From NCBI GenBank assembly GCA_002269645.1, contig NIVC01005261.1:1-14922 (forward strand): a stretch of DNA of 14,922 nt, written 5' to 3'. Of the stretch, positions 8,685-14,922 are shown piece after piece. The position numbers and the translations under genes are program-made. Position 1 is the first letter of the stretch. Each line of letters begins with the position of its first letter. The notes beneath the pieces were generated by a model. That model was not told where the DNA came from and searched no databases. It saw only the letters and a program-made list of their open reading frames with translations. Source of the DNA: Macrostomum lignano (Eukaryota).

Positions 8685-9232
8685 AGATAAAGAGGAAGAA
8701 GGGTGAGATAAAGAGAAGAGGGTGAAGAGATGAAGGGGCAGGGTGAAGAGATAAAGTTGCAGGGTGAAGAGATGAAGGGGCAAGGTTAAGAGATGAAGGG
8801 GCAGGGTTAAGAGATAAAGGGGCAGGGTTAAGAGATAAAGGGGCAGGGTGAAGAGATGAAGGGGAGGGTGAAGAGATGAAGGGGCAGGGTGAAGAGATGA
8901 AGGGGCAGGGTGACGAGATGAAGGGGCAGGGTGAAGAGATGAAGGGGCAGGGTGAAGAGATGAAGGGGCAGGGTGAAGAGATGAAGGGACAGGGTGAAGA
9001 GATGAAGGGACAGGGTGAAGAGATGAAGGGACAGGGTGAAGAGATGAAGGGGAGGGTGAAGAGATGAAGGGGAGGGTGAAGAGATGAAGGGACAGGGTGA
9101 AGAGATGAAGGGGTGGGTGAAGAGATGAAGGGGCAGGGTGACGAGATGAAGGGGCAGGGTGAAGAGATGAAGGGGCGGGGTGAAGAGATGAAGAGGCAGG
9201 GTGAAGAGATGAAGGGGAGGGTAAAGAGATAA
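8685..9232. repeat. 21-bp purine-rich minisatellite (GAAGAGATGAAGGGGCAGGGT), about 25 copies, 5' part of TMCO4 intron 1
   Basis: Read directly, with a degenerate lead-in from ~8630. Confidence 0.95.
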
Positions 9233-9332
9233 AGGTGCAGAAAGGAGATAGAAGACACGAGATGTTCTCACTTCAGGGCTAGAAGCAGAGACCAGCAGAA
9301 AGACCCCAGCCCCTGGGAACCAGAGAGCTCAC

Positions 9333-9544
9333 TTGTGCCAGTCCTCTGGGTACAGCTGGGCCAGAGCGGTAGCAGTGAGAGAGCAGTAGGCAAAGATGCC
9401 GGCATCAGAGAGCATGCCGCTGTTGTTATTGTTGAGCCGGGCTGTCGCCTCAGCCCCGGGCTCTGCTTGCAGCTTCTGCTTTGCCTCGTCTGTTGCTGCT
9501 GCTGCGGCAGCCGGCTTGCTTGCGGCGGGTTTCTTTTTAAACAT
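9333..9544 (-). CDS. TMCO4: TMCO4/DUF726 exon 1 (first coding exon)
   Basis: ATG at 9544. MFKKKPAASK..LSDAGIFAYCSLTATALAQLYPEDWH resembles the recalled TMCO4 N-terminal FAY..L....L.QL.P motif. The donor AA|GTGAGC (phase 2) joins exon 2 in frame. The five exons sum to about 640 codons, similar to the recalled human TMCO4 length. Confidence 0.8.
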
Positions 9545-9611
9545 TGCTTTTGCAGACTATTGAAATTTATAAAATCCAAGAAAATTCTCCGGTGGAGAAA
9601 TTGACAGGCAG

Positions 9612-9621
9612 ATTGGATTGG
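9612..9621 (-). promoter_or_regulatory. Tandem CCAAT boxes about 70 nt upstream of the TMCO4 ATG
   Basis: The + strand reads ATTGGATTGG, i.e. two CCAAT on the minus strand. This is a motif match only. Confidence 0.2.
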
Positions 9622-9896
9622 CTTTGCAATCTGGAGCACAAGTGGTGGTAAATTTCCTCAATAGTGGTTTGTTTTGAAAATGAAATGCCGATAAAACAGA
9701 AACAGAACACAAATTATTCATGTCTCAGAGCGCTGCCACGCGCCAGAGTTTGATAAGATAGCCAAGCAAACTGACTGAGGGGAGGGGGTGTAGCTCTGCA
9801 GTGCTTGGGCGAGCCTAAGTAAGCATAAATTACTCAGCACTGCTCACTAACTCCCTGTCCGCTGCGGCTCGATACCTGCGCCTCAGCTATCTCCGT

Positions 9897-10505
9897 CACT
9901 CCCTGCCCTCCTTTCTCCCTCCCTGCCCTCCTTTCTCCCTCCCTGCCCTCCTTTCTCCCTCCCTGCCCTCCTTTCTCCCTCCCTGTCCTCCTTTCTCCCT
10001 CCTTGCTCTCCTTTCTCCCTTCTTGCCCTCCTTTTCTCCCTCCTTGCCCTCCTTTTCTCCCTCCTTGCCCTCCTTCTCTCCCTCCCTGCCCTCCTTTCTC
10101 CCTCCCTGCCCTCCTTTCTCCCTCCCTGCCCTCCTTTCTCCCTCCCTGCCCTCCTTCTCTCCCTCCCTGCCCTCCTTTCTCCCTCCCTGCCCTCCTTCTC
10201 TCCCTCCCTGCCCTCCTTTCTCCCTCCCTGCCCTCCTTGCTCTCCTTTCTCCCTCCCTACCCTCCTTTCTCCCTCCTTGCCCTCCTTTCTCCCTCCCTGC
10301 CCTCCTTTCTCCCTCCCTGCCCTCCTTGCTCTCCTTTCTCCCTCCCTACCCTCCTTTCTCCCTCCCTGCCCTCCTTTCTCCCTCCTTGCTCTCCTTTCTC
10401 CCTCCCTACCCTCCTTTCTCCCTCCCTGCCCTCCTTTCTCCCTCCCTGCCCTCCTTTCTCCCTCCTTGCTCTCCTTTCTCCCTCCCTGCCCTCCTTTCTC
10501 CCTCC
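9897..10505. repeat. 20-bp pyrimidine-rich minisatellite (CCCTGCCCTCCTTTCTCCCT), about 30 copies, between RRP36 and TMCO4
   Basis: Read directly. Some units carry a 12-nt insert. Confidence 0.95.
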
Positions 10506-10645
10506 ACGCTTCATCTCCCCTCCTTCTTTTCTCCTTCAGGCCACTGATTGAGGAATATTTACAAATCCTAAGTTGAAGCAGAAAATATTAAAAAATAATT
10601 AAACATAAAAGGTACATCCGTGGATTCAATTGAATATTCGAAGCA

Positions 10646-10651
10646 TTTATT
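10646..10651 (-). promoter_or_regulatory. Polyadenylation signal AATAAA of RRP36
   Basis: TTTATT on the + strand, about 70 nt after the RRP36 stop, in AT-rich sequence. Confidence 0.55.
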
Positions 10652-10723
10652 TAACAGTTTATACACATAAATAAGCAAATTTAAACTTGAAATGCCCGCC
10701 AGTCTGCCTCGGACTCTCAGAGG

Positions 10724-10918
10724 TCACGACTTCGGCGGCAGGCGTCTCTTCTTCTCGCGAGCTGCTTTCCGCTTCTCCAGTTTTTGTCGCGCCTTCTCGG
10801 ATAGACTGGCAGTTTTGGCGGCCTCCAGGCGGGCGCGCAGCTGCGCCCTGGACAGGTAGCTGACCCGGCCGCTGCGCTCCGCCTGCTCCACCTGCTCGCG
10901 GCGCACCTCCTGCATCAC
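10724..10918 (-). CDS. RRP36: RRP36 (DUF947, 18S rRNA processing factor) exon 2
   Basis: Acceptor CTCCCGCAG|GTG, phase 0. VMQEVRREQVEQAERSGRVSYLSRAQLRARLEAAKTASLSEKARQKLEKRKAAREKKRRLP resembles the recalled RRP36 C-terminus (G..PY.L..S....; K..A.K..R.LP). TGA at 10724..10726. Confidence 0.8.
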   Translation of the reverse strand: MMQEVRREQVEQAERSGRVSYLSRAQLRARLEAAKTASLSEKARQKLEKRKAAREKKRRLPPKS

Positions 10919-10926
10919 CTGCGGGA

Positions 10927-11812
10927 GTGCATTGGGGAGGGGAAACACACTGCATTGGGGAGGGAAACACACTACATTGGGGAGGGGAAACACACTGCAT
11001 TGGGGAGGGGAAACACTGCATTGGGGAGGGGAAACACACTACATTGGGGAGGGGAAACACACTGCATTGGGGAGGGGAAACACTGCATTGGGGAGGGGAA
11101 ACACTGCATTGGGGAGGGGAAACACACTGCATTGGGGAGGGGAAACACACTGCATTGGGGAGGGGAACACTACATTGGGGAGGGGAAACACACTGCATTG
11201 GGGAGGGAAACACACTACATTGGGAGGGGAAACACACTGCATTGGGAGGGGAACACACTGCATTGGGAGGGGAAACACACTGCATTGGGGGGGGAAACAC
11301 ACTGCATTGGGGGGGAAACACACTGCATTGGGAGGGGAAACACACTACATTGGGAGGGGAAACACACTGCATTGGGAGGGAAACACACTACATTGGGGAG
11401 GAAACACACTGCATTGGGGAGGGGAAACACACTGCATTGGGGAGGGGAAACAACTGCATTGGGGAGGGAAACACACTACATTGGGGAGGGGAAACACACT
11501 GCATTGGGGAGGGAAACACACTACATTGGGGAGGGGAAACACACTGCATTGGGGAGGGGAAACACACTGCATTGGGGAGGGAAACACACTGCATTGGGGA
11601 GGGAAACACACTGCATTGGGGAGGGGAAACACACTGCATTGGGGAGGGGAAACACACTGCATTGGGGAGGGGAAACACACTGCATTGGGGAGGGAAACAC
11701 ACTACATTGGGGAGGGAAACACACTACATTGGGGAGGGGAAACACTGCATTGGGGAGGGGAAACACTGCATTGGGGAGGGGAAACACACTGCATTGGGGG
11801 AGGGAACATTGG
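10927..11812. repeat. 22-23-bp minisatellite (ACACACTGCATTGGGGAGGGGAA), about 39 copies, filling the RRP36 intron
   Basis: Read directly. It generates all the GEGNTLHW / PQCSVFP ORFs between 10659 and 11931. Confidence 0.95.
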
Positions 11813-11878
11813 GAGAGGGAGATGGACAGGCATGTCATAAAATGCAGATTAAGACAGACTATACAGTAAATTTCCCAC

Positions 11879-12265
11879 CTGATGCCGCGAGTCCCGCAGC
11901 TGCTCCCGCCGCTCCAGCTGACGCAGCCTGAGCAGCAGACTCTTGGCCCGCTCGCGCTCCTCCTCCGACAGGGGCTGGTGCCGCCCGCCGCCGCTGCCGT
12001 CGCGCCGCTTCAGCCACTTCTCCAGCCTGTTGGCCTCCCTACGGCGCTCCTCGCGCAAGAAGTCCCAGGCGGCCGGCACGCACCGGCCGTTGACCAGCGG
12101 GTCGTGGCGCGGATCGCGCGGCGCGCTACGCTTAGGCGCCGTTTTGGCGAGTTCGGCCAGCGCCGGGGTCAGCCGGTGCAGCGCCTTGCGCGACTTGCTG
12201 CTGTACTCGGCTGGGGCCTCGTCGGCGCTGTCAGGTTCGGGCTCCGGCGCGGACATGCTGGACAT
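11879..12265 (-). CDS. RRP36: RRP36 exon 1 (from the first ATG; additional 5' coding sequence possible)
   Basis: PAEYSSK (P.E.S.K motif), RDPRHDPL (RDPRF motif), DFLREERRREANRLEKWLK and AKSLLLRLRQLE match recalled RRP36 blocks in the right order. Donor CAG|GTGGGA, phase 0. No frameshift. Confidence 0.8.
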
Positions 12266-12714
12266 GCTGGAAGGGTAAAGCAATAAATCTAGTTTAGCTA
12301 CATGCTAACTGGCAGTAATATCAAAAAACTAACACTTTTTAATAAACTTCGGCCAAATACATTTTAAATAGAATATTTTCAGTGCACTATTGAAAGTAAT
12401 AAAATACGCCACGCAATAATTTTGACGGAATAAAAGTAAAACACACAGAAGTTTTGCATTTTACTGCTTAGATAATTATATAATCGGTATATTTGTTATT
12501 CATTTTAATTAGCTGTTTAAATTTGCACATTAAAGGTACCCGCTGGGAAAAAATTGCAGTGACGACTGTAACGACAAGCGGCGACAGTTTAGAGACGACA
12601 GCCTTGTCGATTTACTATCGATTTACAGAAATAAGTATGATTTGTTCAACTCAGTACTATCGTACAAATGCGCGCTTCCAAATCTGCTTCGCTGCCTGCT
12701 TTTTATCGGCCTCT

Positions 12715-12760
12715 GATTGGTCGACTGCCAATGGCGACGACAGGGTGACTTGTCGTCAAC
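12715..12760. promoter_or_regulatory. Candidate promoter elements: opposed CCAAT boxes and a GACGACA/TGTCGTC inverted repeat
   Basis: ATTGG at ~12716 and CCAAT at ~12729, plus a 7-bp stem (12738-12744/12753-12759), within a local cluster of GACGAC words about 450 nt upstream of the RRP36 ATG. Confidence 0.25.
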
Positions 12761-13328
12761 TCGTCGTCAGCCTGTGGTCGCAATTTTTTTTCCAGCGGGT
12801 AAATAATTTAATAATATGCCGACAAAAGACAGGACAAGCGGAGAGACAAGTTCTTGAGTGAATGATAAATTTAAATAACAGTTGCACTGCTGCACAGACA
12901 GGGAATGAACTGAGGGGCTGAAAAGACGGACAATTAGGAGGCAAGCAGAGGGCAGTTAACATAGCGAGGGGGGGGGGGTTCTGCAATCGTTGCAATTATC
13001 CAATTGAAAATTATTAGTTTTAAATAAATATCAAAAAGCTCCTCGACGATGCAATGAAGAAAATTTTAACAAACAAACAACACAGATATCGGTTAGTTAA
13101 AATAACAAAAAGGTAAATCTAACATTAAATCTTGATTGTATAGATTTTATAGTTGTTAATTTTATCTGAGAGCGGTCATAAATGATTTGCCAAGAAAATT
13201 AAACTACCGCATAAAGAATGTTCATTCTCGGAGCCAGAGTTATCTCACTATCCGATAAGCCATGCTTTCTCCTACTTAAACTAAGTAGTCTAAGTAGCAT
13301 TCCCCAGCTGTCATGAGTCATCACTTAC

Positions 13329-13333
13329 AGGCG
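13329..13333 (-). other. Candidate 5-nt micro-exon (CGCCT)
   Basis: The minus strand reads CTTCTTCTTTTATTTTTATTTCTGCAG|CGCCT|GTAAGT: a long polypyrimidine tract and CAG, then a perfect GTAAGT donor 5 nt later. Confidence 0.4.
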
Positions 13334-14064
13334 CTGCAGAAATAAAAATAAAAGAAGAAGCAAAGCCAACTACTTTTCATAAGCATAAGCGGACAGCCAA
13401 ATCATCAGAGAGTAGCAGAAATAATAAATGGGAAACAGAATTCACTTCTCTCATCAGTACGAATAACTCGCTAAAACAAAAACACAAAATCCAATATTGT
13501 GTAAAAATAAGTTACAAAAATACGCGAACGTTTCTACTTGAGTAAGACCTGTCAGTAGTGTAAAGGGGAAATAATGTATTAAATTATGATTTCAAAAAAA
13601 AACATCAAAGACAACAGCGCTTAAGCGAACTGAATTATCGGATAGGGCGGGCACAAAACCAACTGTTGCAGCCAATTAAAATTCGCCATTTTAAATATTG
13701 TCGACTTATAACAAATTAAAATTGTATCGAATAATATAACACTGAAAGACGAGCAGACGAAATTACGCACAATATGCTTAATTATATGTGACAAAATAGT
13801 GAATTAGACACGAATATTTTTGTTGATTTATATATAAGCCCGTTTTGATTATGCGTTGGACTGTAGGCAGTTAAGCAGGTGCGCTGACTTCAATTTTTAA
13901 ACAAAAAACCCAATGCATTTATCGGATTGCACACTGAGTGACGGAGCGAGCGTAAAGAACAGTTGCAGCTTAGGGAACTAAGGAGAGTGATGGACACATT
14001 CTATGGGAGATGGGCGAGACCAAATATTGAATAGAAGCGGATAGAAAAAAGATATTCCGACAAG

Positions 14065-14435
14065 GGGACACAAATCTTATTAGAGACAGACACAAATTCT
14101 GGCTGCGGACACAAATTGATAAGAGGCAGACACAAATTCTGGGCTACGGACACAAATGATAAGAGGCAGACACAAATTCTGGGCTGCGACACAAATGATA
14201 AGAGGCAGACACAAATTCTGGGCTACGGACACAAATGATAAGAGGCAGACACAAATTCTGGGCTACGGACACAAATGATAAGAGGCAAGACACAAATTCT
14301 TGGCTGCGGACACAAATGATAAGAGACAGACACAAATTCTGGCTTCGGACAGAAATGTAAAGAGGCAGACACAAATTCTGGGCTATGGACAGAAATGATA
14401 AAGAGGCAGACACAATTCTGGGGCTATGGACACAA
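14065..14435. repeat. 40-bp minisatellite built from two 20-nt half-units (ACACAAATTCTGGGCT(A/G)CGG + ACACAAATGATAAGAGGCAG), about 9 copies
   Basis: Read directly. Both halves begin with ACACAAAT. Confidence 0.9.
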
Positions 14436-14538
14436 TCAAGAAACGATGCACTGTATAATAGACGGACAAACTGGACACAAAGTTTAAAAGTAGACATCCA
14501 GACAGAACAAATAATACTTTCCGCAAAAACGTTCGTCA

Positions 14539-14922
14539 TTAAAGAGCCCAGTGAGGCCTCACAGCTGCAGCGAGTTGTCGCTGCTCAAGCAGGGTGAGAA
14601 AAGCGATAAACCAGTTTGGTCAGAATGAAGGTGTTCCGGCCGTCGCTAGTGAAATGATCGTAGATAAAAGCGAGCTCGGCGCCCAGGTCGGCAATGTGAG
14701 CCCCACCAGCATGTAGATGATGAGCGGCAGCAGGCCGTCCGAGCCCAGACGAGAGGAGTCGCCTTCCTGAGAGTACTGCGACACGGCCTGCACCATGAGG
14801 TCGATGCAGTCGCACACCACTGTCATCTTCTGGCTGGGAGAATAGCAGGTGCTGATTTCGCGCAGGCGGCGTACGGCGGGCATGTAGCGGCACCTGTGCC
14901 GGAGACTGCGGCGTTCCGTCTG
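14539..14922 (-). CDS. ALS2: C-terminal VPS9 (Rab5-family GEF) domain of an alsin/ALS2-like protein; partial, two frameshifts
   Basis: The frame is open from the window edge. AVRRLREISTCYSPSQKMTVV..GSDGLLPLIIYMLVG/AHIADLGAELAFIYDHFTSDGRNTFILTKLV/IAFLTLLEQ..WAL* resembles recalled ALS2 (AV..L.QIST..TPSDKL; ARI.NLG.E...I.D). The Asp-finger D-x3-P and the F/Y-x2-T positions are retained. It requires one added G at 14701-14704 and one removed T at 14608-14610. The VPS9 call is stronger than the ALS2 orthology. Confidence 0.7.

Noticed and set aside
8560-9271. Pro/Ser-rich and MKGQGEE-repeat ORFs
   Set aside because: Products of the 21-bp array inside intron 1.
9268-9271. Second donor AA|GTGAGA downstream of TMCO4 exon 1
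   Set aside because: Using it would include the in-frame TGA at 9329..9331, so the donor at 9332 is the one that preserves the frame.
9798-9843. 8-bp inverted repeat GCAGTGCT/AGCACTGC
   Set aside because: A short stem with a 30-nt loop is expected by chance, and no RNA family is recognisable.
10003-10576. Pro/Leu/Ser-rich ORFs
   Set aside because: Products of the 20-bp array.
10659-11931. ORFs of 237-334 aa with GEGNTLHWGG / PQCSVFP repeats
   Set aside because: Products of the RRP36 intronic array, open in most frames on both strands.
12966-12978. Poly-G run
   Set aside because: An isolated homopolymer whose length is unreliable and which has no associated structure.
12493-12995. ORFs 12493..12861 (+) and 12756..12995 (-)
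   Set aside because: Non-ATG or weak starts, AT-rich codon usage, no recognisable motif and no supporting splice structure.
1919-14922. Functional coupling of ALS2-like (Rab5 GEF) and TMCO4 (family of yeast Mil1, an AP-1 associated hydrolase-like protein) as a trafficking cluster
   Set aside because: RRP36 lies between them and is unrelated in function, and adjacency in one window is not evidence without conserved synteny.
1-14922. tRNA, rRNA, SL RNA, telomeric repeats or transposase/reverse-transcriptase coding sequence
   Set aside because: None was recognisable on either strand by inspection. A tRNAscan/Infernal run would be needed to exclude divergent ncRNAs.

Overview
Eukaryotic (animal) genomic DNA, not prokaryotic. 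Three spliced protein-coding genes lie head-to-tail on the minus strand. They are the last exon of an alsin/ALS2-like VPS9-domain gene (14539..>14922), a two-exon RRP36 gene (12265..10724) and a five-exon TMCO4/DUF726 gene (9544..~1919). A weak fourth candidate, a claudin/PMP22-like reading frame, lies at 296..724. I placed exons by recalled family similarity and by GT/AG sites whose phases join correctly. About half the window consists of 11 unrelated minisatellite arrays, with at least one in every intron and every intergenic gap. Most long ORFs in the supplied track are artefacts of these arrays. TMCO4 and the ALS2-like exon carry several frameshifts, most of them single-base indels, so either the consensus is noisy or this copy is decaying. 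The most interesting unexplained signals are these. (i) Intronic arrays abut the 3' splice site, are pyrimidine-rich on the sense strand, and several are AG-free amplifications of a branch-point motif. (ii) A 5-nt micro-exon candidate at 13329..13333 joins in frame to RRP36. (iii) Phase-0 acceptors sit in front of three start regions, compatible with spliced-leader trans-splicing of an operon-like cluster. (iv) A hidden plus-strand intron may span 9819..10539. (v) A ~200-bp MITE-like element lies in TMCO4 intron 1. The style (GC-rich exons, AT-rich spacers, minisatellite-filled introns) suggests a Macrostomum-like flatworm, but this is a guess. No database search was run, and all family assignments rest on recalled motifs.
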